A DNA stretch of 64,000 bases from an uncultured Actinomycetota bacterium (GTDB taxonomy: Bacteria > Actinomycetota > Acidimicrobiia > Acidimicrobiales > Bog-793): assembly GCA_963769255.1 (NCBI GenBank), contig CAVYKV010000002.1, positions 448,942 to 512,941 on the forward strand, written 5' to 3'. Below are positions 1 to 9,920 of the stretch, piece by piece. The translations under genes were made by a program, and so were the position numbers. Within the stretch, counting starts at the first letter, position 1, and each line of letters starts with the position of its first letter. The notes under the pieces were generated by a model, which saw nothing but the letters and a program-made list of their open reading frames with translations, did no database searches and was not told the DNA's origin.

Positions 1-1
1 G

Positions 2-169
2 TCGGGTCGGCCGTCCCGAGCCAAGGCGCTCGAGCTGCTCATCGAACATGTTCGGCAGACTCCCGACGTGTGGATCGCCACCGCGGCGGAAGTGGCGGAC
101 CACGTCGACTCGCTTGACCTGCCGCCGATCCGGCACGAACCGATCGAATCGACGGCGGAGGTCCCATGA
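2..169 (+). CDS. polysaccharide deacetylase-like protein, C-terminal part (truncated by window edge)
   Basis: Frame 2 reads SGRPSRAKALELLIEHVRQTPDVWIATAAEVADH, typical of a CE4/PuuE-like C-terminus; TGA overlaps the SDR ATG (ATGA). Confidence 0.6.
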   Translation, partial: SGRPSRAKALELLIEHVRQTPDVWIATAAEVADHVDSLDLPPIRHEPIESTAEVP

Positions 170-999
170 GTCCCCACCTTCCCCAGACCAGTGCGAACCC
201 GGGCTCCTCCAACGGGGAGAGCCTGGAAGGCCTCGTGGCGTTCGTGACAGGTGGGGCCCAAGGCATCGGTCTTGGAATCGTCGAGCACTTCTTGAGCAAG
301 GGGGCGTCCGTCTGGACGATCTCGACCTCGACACGGGGGGATGAGGTGGTCGACGAGCTCAGCGCCCGGTTCGGCGCCGGACGCGTCGCACATACCCTGT
401 GCGACGTCACCTCGCGGGAAGACATGTCAAGGTGCGTCGAACGATGTGTCGCGGAGTTCGGAACGCTCGACCTCGCCGTGGCGAATGCCGGCGTGTCCTC
501 GAGCGCCTCCCTTCTCGACATGACCGAGGAACAGTGGACCCATGTCATCTCGGTCAACCTGACCGGCGCCTTTCACACAGTTCAGCTGGCCGCCCGCCAG
601 ATGCTGGCGCGAGGCGGGAGGATCGTGGTCATCGCTTCGACGAACGCCTTTTTCGTGGAGCCGAGCTGCGCGTCGTACAACGCATCCAAAGCCGGTCTCC
701 TCGGCCTCGTTCGCAGCGCGGCAATCGAGCTCGCTCCCAAGGGAATCACCGTCAACGCGGTGTGCCCCGGCTTGGTGGCGACGGCCATGAGCGAGGAACT
801 CATCAGTGACGAGGTCTACGGGCCCCAGTATTTGCGAAATATCCCGGTTGGGCGCTTCGGAACCCCGGCTGACGTTGCAGCAGCCGTCGGCTATCTCGTG
901 TCACCGGCAGCGTCGTGGATCACAGGACAGCAGATCGTCGTGGACGGTGGTTGGACGAGCGGAACGACGATTTTGGCGGGAGCGACAGAGTCAAGCTGA
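166..999 (+). CDS. SDR family oxidoreductase
   Basis: TGGAQGIG, NAG and YNASK motifs. Confidence 0.95.
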   Translation: MSPHLPQTSANPGSSNGESLEGLVAFVTGGAQGIGLGIVEHFLSKGASVWTISTSTRGDEVVDELSARFGAGRVAHTLCDVTSREDMSRCVERCVAEFGTLDLAVANAGVSSSASLLDMTEEQWTHVISVNLTGAFHTVQLAARQMLARGGRIVVIASTNAFFVEPSCASYNASKAGLLGLVRSAAIELAPKGITVNAVCPGLVATAMSEELISDEVYGPQYLRNIPVGRFGTPADVAAAVGYLVSPAASWITGQQIVVDGGWTSGTTILAGATESS

Positions 1000-1089
1000 C
1001 AGGGCTCCGCGGAAGTGACGGAGTCTCCGCGAGGAGGTACCGGAGGAGCCTTTGTACCATCGCGGCATCCGTGTCGAGAGGGGGTCGGG

Positions 1090-2853
1090 ATGCGTCTCGG
1101 CAAGTTGAGCTGGCAGCTGGCACTCGCCCTTGTTCCGCTCGTAGCGCTCGCCGCCGCTGTGCCGGCGACGGCCGGCCCGTCGGGCCCGAGCCGCCACCCT
1201 GCGCCGGTTGCCTTCGTGCCGACGGGCCATCGAACAACAGGTGCGAGCCTCGCCGGATTCACCCGCGCCCGTATCCCGTCGGCCGGTCCGGTCTCGGCGG
1301 CCGAGGCGGCGCCGTCACCGCTGCCGTCGACACGCGGGCAGATTGCCGTACTGAAGGCCGCCCTCAAGAAGATGGAGGACGGGTACTCGAGCTACCTCGA
1401 CGACGTCCCCGGGCCGAGCGACATCCTTGACTACGGCATCGGTCCCCTGTGGCTGAAGGGGATCGACGGCGCCGGCACGACGATCGCGCTGCTCGAGGGC
1501 TGGAACCTGCCCGGCATCGGGGCGATGGTGGCGTCGTTCGACAAGATCTGGGGCCTCCCGAACCCCGTCATCACGACGATCTACCCGTCCGGTGACGGCA
1601 AGCTTCCGTCGACCTGCCCGGCGGGGATGGTGGCCCTCGGCGACTACGGGTCCTGCCAAGCCTGGGGTGGAGAGCTGGAGCTCGACGTCCTGTCGGCCCA
1701 TCTCATCGCCCCCTACGCCAGGATCCTCCTCTCCGTCACCCCGGCGGACAGCCAGGTGACCGATGACGGGGCGAGCCAGGTGGCGCCCTACGAGATGATG
1801 CAGGCGCTGGAGGTCATCGCAGCCCGCCACCTCGCCAACGTCGTCTCCGTGAGCACGGGCACGGCCGAGAGCAGCTACATCCACGGAACGGGCGAGATCA
1901 TGGCCCAGAACCCGGGTCTCCTCGCCGCCGCCGTAGCCGGCATTCCCATCTGCGAGGGCTCGGGCGACCGCGACGTCCTGCAGGCGCTGCCGTCCCTGAA
2001 CGGCGACGTGCTCACGAAGACGCCGGACACGGCCGCCTGGGACGACTCACCATGGGTGACCGCCGTCGGTGGAACCGTCCCCAACCTCAGCGACAGCGGT
2101 GCGCGGCTCGGACCCGATCCCATCTGGAACGTCGGCAGCTACGGGGAGGGCGCCGGATACTCGTCGGTGTTCAGCCGCCCGATCTACCAGAGTGTCGTTG
2201 TCTCCATCACCCACAGCCCGATGCGATCGGTGCCCGACATCACGATGGACGCCCGGGACGGCACGTCGGAAGCCGGGCCGCTCCTGGCGGGTGTCCTTGC
2301 GCTGGCCACCCAGATGAACAAGGCGAACGTCGGCCCCATCAACCCTGCGCTCTATGACGTGCTCGGCCCGAAGGGGGAAGCGGACGGCATCGCCGACGTC
2401 GTGTCCGGCAACAACACCTACACGCCGGCATCGGGCAAGCCGGTGCCCGGGTTCAGTGCCGCGAAGGGTTTCGACGTGGCGAGCGGCTGGGGCACGATCT
2501 ACGCGCCGAAGTTCCTACCCGCACTTGTGGCGGCGACGAAGGCCGATCACGACGAGGCCGCGTGGCGACAGATGGCCGCTTCAGAGCTGACAGCTCTTCG
2601 CCACGACCTCAGCCTGAGCGTGACGAACGTCCCCACAGGGGGAACGAGCTACTTGCTGGCTGGCGGGTTCCTTCCCGGCCACCCCATTGAGCTGCTCATC
2701 GGAGCCCGGCTCATCACGACACTCAAGGCCAGCCCATTGGGCAAGGTCACGTACATGATCGACCCATCACTGCTGAAGCTGGCCCGCGGCGGCCACAACA
2801 TCGAGCTGAAGAGCATGCTCATCGATGAAACGAGCCGGTTCTCCAGCCACTGA
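1090..2853 (+). CDS. secreted S53 (sedolisin-like) peptidase
   Basis: Signal peptide; ELELD (Glu/Asp), SGD, GTSEAGP (Ser), DVVSGNN...GFDVASGWG Ca-site motifs. Confidence 0.85.
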   Translation: MRLGKLSWQLALALVPLVALAAAVPATAGPSGPSRHPAPVAFVPTGHRTTGASLAGFTRARIPSAGPVSAAEAAPSPLPSTRGQIAVLKAALKKMEDGYSSYLDDVPGPSDILDYGIGPLWLKGIDGAGTTIALLEGWNLPGIGAMVASFDKIWGLPNPVITTIYPSGDGKLPSTCPAGMVALGDYGSCQAWGGELELDVLSAHLIAPYARILLSVTPADSQVTDDGASQVAPYEMMQALEVIAARHLANVVSVSTGTAESSYIHGTGEIMAQNPGLLAAAVAGIPICEGSGDRDVLQALPSLNGDVLTKTPDTAAWDDSPWVTAVGGTVPNLSDSGARLGPDPIWNVGSYGEGAGYSSVFSRPIYQSVVVSITHSPMRSVPDITMDARDGTSEAGPLLAGVLALATQMNKANVGPINPALYDVLGPKGEADGIADVVSGNNTYTPASGKPVPGFSAAKGFDVASGWGTIYAPKFLPALVAATKADHDEAAWRQMAASELTALRHDLSLSVTNVPTGGTSYLLAGGFLPGHPIELLIGARLITTLKASPLGKVTYMIDPSLLKLARGGHNIELKSMLIDETSRFSSH

Positions 2854-2893
2854 GACCGGCGTCCACGCCGCGCCTCGGACAACCGGCGCCGGT

Positions 2894-3112
2894 TCATCCG
2901 ACGCGCGAGCCGTGTTGGCTCAACCACTCGTCGATGGCGGCGCGAACGATGCCTTCGTCGCTCCTGTCGGCGACGACACGCTCTCCCGTCGTCAGGTCCG
3001 CCCAGCCGAGCCTCTTGCCCTCACCCGTGGTCACGGAAAGGCGGTCGATCCCGCGTCGCCTCCAGCGCTTCACCACAAGCGAAGCTTTCGATCTCTGCCC
3101 AGAGCCGTTCAT
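2894..3112 (-). CDS. small hypothetical protein resembling the N-terminal domain of actinobacterial NERD proteins
   Basis: VKRWRRRGIDRLSVTTGEGKRLGWADLTTG...AAIDEWL, recalled similarity only. Confidence 0.45.
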   Translation of the reverse strand: MNGSGQRSKASLVVKRWRRRGIDRLSVTTGEGKRLGWADLTTGERVVADRSDEGIVRAAIDEWLSQHGSRVG

Positions 3113-3274
3113 CAGGTCTCCTCCCGCCTGGGCTATCCATCGGCACGCTAGGCCCTCAGCTTGAGAAGCTGGCCTCTCGCTCGGTCGAAGAATCGCCGGC
3201 CTAACTGGCAAGTCACCCTTGCCGTAGCTCGAACCGTTGACAGCGTCGGTGCAACATCGCCGCGAGGACGATCT

Positions 3275-5905
3275 ATGACACGGCTTGACAGAGGCGCCGA
3301 CAAACACAAAAGTCACGTTGCAGGGCTTCGTTTTGATCCCTGCGAAAGGACCTATTTCCCGTTCATGGTCGTCAGCCGCCCGCAGGCAGTCCAGCTCTCC
3401 GAGCAGTTGGGCAAATGGGCGTCCTTGAGCGTCGTTCGAACATCGCCTGGCCATGCGAGGTCGACGATGGTGGCGGCGTGGATGAGAACCCTGCGGCCTC
3501 CCGGGGTGACGAGTGCATGGGTCACCGCCCGCTCCTCTGTCAATGAGTACGACAGCTTCGATGCCTGGTTGAGCGACGCCCTCCGTGGCGCAGGGGTCAA
3601 GATCCCAACTTCCGGCGGTGCATCCCGCGGCGGGCTGGCCGAGCTCGAGGTTCTCCTCGACAGTGCCCGGCCGCGGCCGGAGCGGTTCGTCCTCATGGTC
3701 GACGGGTTCGACGAGGTTCAGGATCCTCGAGTGCTCGAACAGCTCGTGAGCCTGCTCCGCACCCATCCCGACTTTCACCTCATCGTCTGCTGCGAAGGCC
3801 CCCACGTCATCGAGTCGCTCGGCGCAGGGCTGAGCCTCGTCGTCGTCGAACCGGCGGACGACCCGAGCGCGGCCGAGATCGCCGGCGCTGTGGCCGAACT
3901 GCTCGACCACCCCTGGAGCGAACGGCTCGGCGACGACCTCGCCGCCTGGGTGACGGCGCTGCAGACGGCCGATGATGCGCCGGCGCTTGCCGGCGCCGGG
4001 CCTGGCCCTTCAGGCGATGGGCCACCAGTGCTGGGCGATACCAAGGACGACGCGGTGTTGGGGCATCTGATGCGGATGTCGCTCGCGGGGCCGATGAACT
4101 GGGCGGCATTTCGGGATGCATGCGACGATCCGGACCCCCGGCAGTTCCTGGAGGCCCTCCAGGCGACCGGGCTGGTCGAACGCGTCGACGCTGGCGACGA
4201 GACCCTGTTTACCGTCTCGACGGCCGTCCGCCAACTCTTCAGAGAGCGGCTCGACGCCGAAGAGGTCACCCTGCCGGGTGATCTCCACCGTCGGCTCTTC
4301 GAGGTCGCTTCGGCGCGGAGGCAGACGGCACCCTCCGCCTTGGAGTTCCACGACACGGTGGCGGAGGGTGACTGGGACCGGGTCGCCCACCTCTGGTTCG
4401 GCAGTGTCGCCGCCATGCTGGGCGAGAGCCCGGAACTCGTGCACGAGGCGCTCGAGGAACTGCCGGCCGAGGTGCTGAGGGCGAACCCGTCCATGCTCGC
4501 CCTCCGGGACACCCTGCGGATGGCGTCCCTCGACACTGACGACGACGGCCGGCGGGCGACGATGCGGGTCTTCGCCGACACGTGTGCGCGCCTCGTGCAA
4601 CGCGGGTGGGGCACCATGCCCCTCAACGAGCTCGTCGTGGTGGGCACCGGAGCGATCATCCAGCTGCGCATGGTCGGCCGCTTCCAAGACTCCGAGGCGT
4701 TGGGCGACCGAATCAGCGCCCGGATCGGCGCCCAGGCCTCCGTGGAGCGGATCGCCCGAGGCAGGCTCGCCTGGTTTCACTTGCACCGCGGCATCACGTT
4801 CTCGTTGCTGGCGGACGACCCGAGCGCCCTCCGCTCGTACCACCGAGCGTGGGAGCACGCCACAGGAGCCGACGTCGACTTCGTCCGCTCCCACGCCGCA
4901 GCGAACGCCGCCCTCACCTATGCCGTGAGGGGAGCGACCCTGCAGGCACGCCGCTGGCTCCGCCGGCACCAAAGCCTCGACATAACGGCGTGGCCAGGGC
5001 ATCACATCCTCGGCGTCGGCGGGCACGTCGCGGCCGGACTCCTGGCACTCGACCGTCTCGACACGGCCGAAGTCGAACGCGAGCTGGCCCACGTCGGCGA
5101 TGGCATGGCGCCTACTGAGCTGTGGCCCTTCGTGGCGTTCCTTGCAGCAGAGTTCGCCTTGTACTCGGGCGAGCCGAGAGAGGGTCTCTCCCGGCTCGAA
5201 CAGGCCCTGACGGGATGGGATCACGACCTCGCGACCCGCGGTGTCGCTTCGGCCCTCCTCACGCGAGCCCAGGCGGACCTCCTGATCGCCTGCCGTCACG
5301 GCGAGCGGGCTCGCCGGCTCGTCGAGCGTGCCGCATCCGGCAAGGCGTTGCTGAGCCTGCCGGCCGGCCGCCTGCGCGTGCTCGGCGGCCTGGCCGAAGC
5401 GGGCAGGTACGTCGACCGCCTCACGTGGGACCCTGCGACATCGCAGCGAGACCGCCTCGAAATGCTGCTGCTCGGCGCCGTCGCCGCACTGCGACGCACC
5501 GATACCCGCAGCGCCACGCGGCTCGTGAACCAAGCGCTCGAGCTCTACGGGGAGACTGGCATCCTGCGGTCGTTCGCCGCCGTCCCGCGCTCGGATCTTC
5601 CGTCGCTCCTGGCGCTCGCCGATCAGCGGCTCAGCGAGAGCGACGAGGCACGCCTCGCCGAGCAGCCCGAGGTCTACCCGGAGCGGCTCGTGCTCATCGA
5701 GTTGAGTGAACGGGAGCACGCCGTGCTGCGAGCCCTCGCCACCACGTCCTCCCGCCAGCACATCGCCGACTCGATGTTCGTCTCCCTCAACACCATCAAG
5801 ACGCAATTGGCGAGCATCTACCAGAAGGTGGGTGCCAGCACGCGAGACGAAGCCCTCCGAAAGGCGCGGGACCACGGGCTCCTCTCGGAGGGTCTCGCCG
5901 ACTGA
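3275..5905 (+). CDS. MalT-like large LuxR-family transcriptional regulator (start may be 3365)
   Basis: C-terminal LSEREHAVL...IADSMFVSLNTIKTQLASIYQKVG HTH; degenerate N-terminal STAND region. Confidence 0.9.
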   Translation: MTRLDRGADKHKSHVAGLRFDPCERTYFPFMVVSRPQAVQLSEQLGKWASLSVVRTSPGHARSTMVAAWMRTLRPPGVTSAWVTARSSVNEYDSFDAWLSDALRGAGVKIPTSGGASRGGLAELEVLLDSARPRPERFVLMVDGFDEVQDPRVLEQLVSLLRTHPDFHLIVCCEGPHVIESLGAGLSLVVVEPADDPSAAEIAGAVAELLDHPWSERLGDDLAAWVTALQTADDAPALAGAGPGPSGDGPPVLGDTKDDAVLGHLMRMSLAGPMNWAAFRDACDDPDPRQFLEALQATGLVERVDAGDETLFTVSTAVRQLFRERLDAEEVTLPGDLHRRLFEVASARRQTAPSALEFHDTVAEGDWDRVAHLWFGSVAAMLGESPELVHEALEELPAEVLRANPSMLALRDTLRMASLDTDDDGRRATMRVFADTCARLVQRGWGTMPLNELVVVGTGAIIQLRMVGRFQDSEALGDRISARIGAQASVERIARGRLAWFHLHRGITFSLLADDPSALRSYHRAWEHATGADVDFVRSHAAANAALTYAVRGATLQARRWLRRHQSLDITAWPGHHILGVGGHVAAGLLALDRLDTAEVERELAHVGDGMAPTELWPFVAFLAAEFALYSGEPREGLSRLEQALTGWDHDLATRGVASALLTRAQADLLIACRHGERARRLVERAASGKALLSLPAGRLRVLGGLAEAGRYVDRLTWDPATSQRDRLEMLLLGAVAALRRTDTRSATRLVNQALELYGETGILRSFAAVPRSDLPSLLALADQRLSESDEARLAEQPEVYPERLVLIELSEREHAVLRALATTSSRQHIADSMFVSLNTIKTQLASIYQKVGASTRDEALRKARDHGLLSEGLAD

Positions 5906-5941
5906 CGCACCACCCCATCGAGACGATCGTCGCCTCGGACA

Positions 5942-5971
5942 GGGTGATCTCGGGGATGAAACGTCGGGTGA
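5942..5971 (+). promoter_or_regulatory. three GG(G/A)TGA direct repeats at 12-bp period, putative activator sites
   Basis: GGGTGA 5942, GGATGA 5954, GGGTGA 5966. Confidence 0.45.
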
Positions 5972-6089
5972 TTCGGGAAGGCCTCGTGATGACCGTGCCT
6001 ACGTCGTGCCGATACTTGGCAGCAACAGTCTGACCCGCCTTTGTCTGGGACGGCCTCAGCGAACCCACGGCCGCGACAAGGAGCGGGAA

Positions 6090-9000
6090 GTGCCTCCGAC
6101 AAACGAACACCCTCAGGCGTCCACGCCGGCGCCTGGCCAGCACATCAAGGACCCGGCAGAGATCCAGATCGCCCGCCTCGGCCGACGGCGGGACCTACGT
6201 CGCCCCGTCCTGCTGCTCCTGGGGATCGGCGGCCTCGCCGTCCTCGCCGCCGTCGCCGGCGCTCGCGGGCCCCTCCCGACTGCGCTGCCGGGTCCGGGTC
6301 GAGCGGCCGCCAGTCGGGTGTCCCCGCCTGCACGACCCGTTCGCCACGCGCAGGCGGCTCCGCCGGCTCTCCCGCGCCCAGCCGGGCCCGCCGCCAACGA
6401 CGGCGGTTCCGGCCATGTCCTGGTGGCGCCGGCCGCGATGCCGGGACTCCTTCCGGCGGACGGCACGGCGCAGGTCGTCGCCCGCATCACTGTTCAGGGC
6501 AGGGTCGCCCTCGAGAGTGGCGGCTCGGCGCCCACCGTGACGGGGGTGAGCCCGGCGGCGGGAACGACGGCGGGAGGGGCGGCAGTCGACCTGACCGGGA
6601 CAGGGTTCTCCGGCGCAACAGCCGTTCGGTTCGGCACGACCTCTGTCGGGTTCACCGTGGGGTCGTCCACCTCGGTCATCGCCACGTCACCGGCGAGTCC
6701 AGCCGGGGTCGTGAACGTCACGGTCACGACAGCATCGGGAACGAGCGCCATCAGTTTGGCCGACGAGTTCACCTACGAGACGTCCCCCACCGTGACCGTC
6801 CTCAGTCCCGAGGCTGGAACGCCCACGGGAGGCACCTCCCTGATCGTCACCGGTACCAACCTCGCCGGCGCCAGTGCCGTGAGCTTCGGCTCGAGCGCCG
6901 CGGCCAGCTTCGCGGTGACGTCGGCCACCTCGATCACCGCCACGTCACCGGCGCGGGCATCCGGGATGGTCGACGTCACCGTCACCACTCCCGTCGGCAC
7001 GAGTGGCGTGACGGCCGCTGACGAGTACACCTACGAATCGGCACCGACGGTGACAGCGCTCGATCCCTACGGCGGACCGCTGTCCGGCGGGGCCGTCGAG
7101 ATCTCCGGCACCGGCTTCGTCGGCACGAGCTCCGTCGACTTCGGTGACGCCCTCGCCACGACCTATGAAGTCGAGTCGTCGACGGCCATCGTCGCCACGG
7201 CTCCGGCCCAGGACGCTGGCACGGTCGATGTCGCCGTCACGACGCCGGTGGCGACGAGCACGGCGACCGCCGCCGACGAATACCTCTACGAGCCAGTGCC
7301 GACGGTGAGCGCCATCTCGCCGACGGCCGGCCCGCTCGGAGGCGGGACCTCCGTGACGGTCACCGGATCCGGGTTCAGCATGAACGGCAACGGCACCGTC
7401 GACGGCGTCAATTTCGGCTCCAAGGCGGCCACCGGCTTCACGGTCTTGTCGGCCACCGAATTGTCGGCCGTCTCGCCGTCAGGGTTCGACGCCGTGAACG
7501 TCACCGTCACGACGGCGGGCGGCACGAGCGCCAGCGGCGTCGCGCCCGAGTTCACCTACGAGGCCACCCCAACGGTGAGCAGCGTCGCCCCCGTCGCCGG
7601 ACTGCCGGCGGGCGGGACGACCGTGACGCTCACCGGCACGAACTTCACCGGAGCGACAGGCGTCAGCTTCGGCACGAACAATGCGGCCAGCTACACGGTG
7701 CAGTCACCGGAGAGCATCTCGGCGCTGACACCGCCCGCCCAGACCGGGGTCACGGACCTCATCGTGACGACTCCCAGCGGTACGAGTTCAGCAAGCGACG
7801 CGGACGAGTTTACGTTTGAATCGGTGCCTTCCGTGACCGGGGTCGACCCCAACGGCGGACCGCTCGGCGGGGACACGGTTGGCATCACCGGAACCGGATT
7901 CACCGGCGCCAACACCGTCGACTTCGGCGTCGGGTCAGCCACCGAATACACCGTGCAGTCGTCGACGTCGATCGTCGCCTCGGCGCCAGCCGGCCTGGCG
8001 GGCACGGTGGACGTCGTGGTCACAACGCCCTGCGGCACGAGTGCGGTGGGCAGCTCAGATGAGTACATGTACGAGACCAGCCCGAGTGTCACGAGCGTGA
8101 GCCCGGCGGCTGGACCGCTCAGCGGCGGCACTCCGGTCACGATCTCGGGAACGGACTTTCGCATCGGTGGCGTCCAGACCGTGCTGGCCGTCGCCTTCGG
8201 GGCGAAGGCGGCGGCGAGCTTCACGGTCGAATCGGCCACGTCGATCACGGCGACGACACCAGCCGACACCAAGGGAGTGGTCGACGTGACCATTACAACC
8301 GGCGGCGGCACCAGTGCCGGGACCGTGGCCGACGAGTTCACATTCGAGCCCGCCCCCACGGTCGCCACCGTGAGTCCAACCGCCGGCACACCGGCCGGGG
8401 GCACGCCGTTAACTGTGTCCGGAGCGGACTTCACCGGTGCGAGCACCGTCAGCTTCGGCTCGGTGGCGGCGACGAGCTACACGGTCGAATCGGCCACGTC
8501 GATCGAAGCGACCTCTCCCCCGGAGTCCGCCCGAACCGTCGACGTCACCGTCTCGACGCCCAGCGGCACGAGCGCCACGACTGAGGGCGACGACTTCACC
8601 TATGAGCCGGCGCCGAGCGTCCTCGCCACCCACCCGTCGTCCGGTCTTCCCGCCGGCGGCTCGACGGTCACGCTCGAGGGCAGCGGCTTCACGGGCGCCA
8701 CCGCCGTGCACTTCGGCTCGGCGGCCAGCACCCGTTACACCGTGCAGTCAGCGACCGCCATCGTGGCGCTGGCTCCGCCGGTGGCGGCCGCCACGGTCGA
8801 CATCACCGTCACGACGCCCTGCGGGAACAGCGTCGGCGCAGCCGGAGCGGTCTTCACCTACGAAGCCGCCCCGGGCGTGACGGCGGCGAGCCCCGATGCC
8901 GGGGTGCCGCGAGGCGGCACCACCGTGCACCTGATCGGGAGCAACTTCACCGACGCGACGGGAGTGAGCTTCGGTGCTCAGCGAGCGACGCGGTTCGATG

Positions 9001-9896
9001 TCGTGTCTGCTCGAGAGCTCACCGTCGTGTCGCCCGCCGCAACGGTCGGGACGGTCCGCATCACGGTCACGACAGCATCGGGGACCTCCCCCGCCACGGC
9101 GGCGACCCGGTTCGTGTACGAGAGCGCCCCCGCCATCACGCGCCTCGCACCCCCGGCAGGCCCGCTCCACGGCGGGACGCGGGTGACGCTGACCGGTGCC
9201 GGTTTCCTCGACGCCAGCGCCGTCGACTTCGGGCCGACGGCGGCGAAGTCGGTGGTCGTCCGCTCCGCAACGGAGATCGTGGCGGTGGCGCCCGCGCACG
9301 CGGCCGGCGCCGTCCGCATCAGCGTGACGACGCCCGTCGGCCGATCGTTGCCGTCGGGCGCTGCCATGTACCAGTTCGACCCGGTTCCCGGGCTCCTGCG
9401 TTTCAGCCCCGCCGCCGGCCCCCTCTCCGGGGGTGTGGTGGTGACGGTGAGCGGGGCGGGTTTCGTCCCTGGATCGACATCGGTCCGCTTCGGCTCTCGA
9501 CTCGCCACGCGCGTCACGTGCATCTCGAACCGCTCCTGCCGGGTCTCGGCACCCTCCGGCGCGCTCGGCGCCGTGAGGCTCACCGTGACGACGCCCGGTG
9601 GTGTGTCGCCACTCAGCTCCACCGAGTTCCGCTACGACCCGGCACCGGGTATCACGAAGATCAGCCGGGCGCACGGGGCGGCAGGCTCAGTGATCACCAT
9701 CGCCGGGAGAGGCTTCGCGCCGGGCGACACGACCGTCCGGTTCGGCACGAAGGCAGCGACTCGTGTGCTGTGCCTCTCCGCCACGAGTTGCCGGGTGACA
9801 GTCCCGACGGGGAAGGGCACCGTCGAGATCCGAATCGTCACTCCCGGTGGCACCTCCCTCGTGACGAAGGCGACGCGGTTCACCTTCGCCGGTTGA
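6090..9896 (+). CDS. surface protein with 13 IPT/TIG repeats
   Basis: AAGGAG SD then GTG; N-terminal TM segment; repeated PTVTxVSPxxGPxxGGTxVTxTGxxF...FG...VDVTVTTPxGTS...FTY. Confidence 0.9.
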   Translation: MPPTNEHPQASTPAPGQHIKDPAEIQIARLGRRRDLRRPVLLLLGIGGLAVLAAVAGARGPLPTALPGPGRAAASRVSPPARPVRHAQAAPPALPRPAGPAANDGGSGHVLVAPAAMPGLLPADGTAQVVARITVQGRVALESGGSAPTVTGVSPAAGTTAGGAAVDLTGTGFSGATAVRFGTTSVGFTVGSSTSVIATSPASPAGVVNVTVTTASGTSAISLADEFTYETSPTVTVLSPEAGTPTGGTSLIVTGTNLAGASAVSFGSSAAASFAVTSATSITATSPARASGMVDVTVTTPVGTSGVTAADEYTYESAPTVTALDPYGGPLSGGAVEISGTGFVGTSSVDFGDALATTYEVESSTAIVATAPAQDAGTVDVAVTTPVATSTATAADEYLYEPVPTVSAISPTAGPLGGGTSVTVTGSGFSMNGNGTVDGVNFGSKAATGFTVLSATELSAVSPSGFDAVNVTVTTAGGTSASGVAPEFTYEATPTVSSVAPVAGLPAGGTTVTLTGTNFTGATGVSFGTNNAASYTVQSPESISALTPPAQTGVTDLIVTTPSGTSSASDADEFTFESVPSVTGVDPNGGPLGGDTVGITGTGFTGANTVDFGVGSATEYTVQSSTSIVASAPAGLAGTVDVVVTTPCGTSAVGSSDEYMYETSPSVTSVSPAAGPLSGGTPVTISGTDFRIGGVQTVLAVAFGAKAAASFTVESATSITATTPADTKGVVDVTITTGGGTSAGTVADEFTFEPAPTVATVSPTAGTPAGGTPLTVSGADFTGASTVSFGSVAATSYTVESATSIEATSPPESARTVDVTVSTPSGTSATTEGDDFTYEPAPSVLATHPSSGLPAGGSTVTLEGSGFTGATAVHFGSAASTRYTVQSATAIVALAPPVAAATVDITVTTPCGNSVGAAGAVFTYEAAPGVTAASPDAGVPRGGTTVHLIGSNFTDATGVSFGAQRATRFDVVSARELTVVSPAATVGTVRITVTTASGTSPATAATRFVYESAPAITRLAPPAGPLHGGTRVTLTGAGFLDASAVDFGPTAAKSVVVRSATEIVAVAPAHAAGAVRISVTTPVGRSLPSGAAMYQFDPVPGLLRFSPAAGPLSGGVVVTVSGAGFVPGSTSVRFGSRLATRVTCISNRSCRVSAPSGALGAVRLTVTTPGGVSPLSSTEFRYDPAPGITKISRAHGAAGSVITIAGRGFAPGDTTVRFGTKAATRVLCLSATSCRVTVPTGKGTVEIRIVTPGGTSLVTKATRFTFAG

Positions 9897-9920
9897 TCAT
9901 TCCAGAGGTGGGCGACGCCG

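Noticed and set aside
42-55. TCGAACATGTTCGG, SOS-like
   Set aside because: Spacer is 2 nt rather than 4, and it lies inside a coding region
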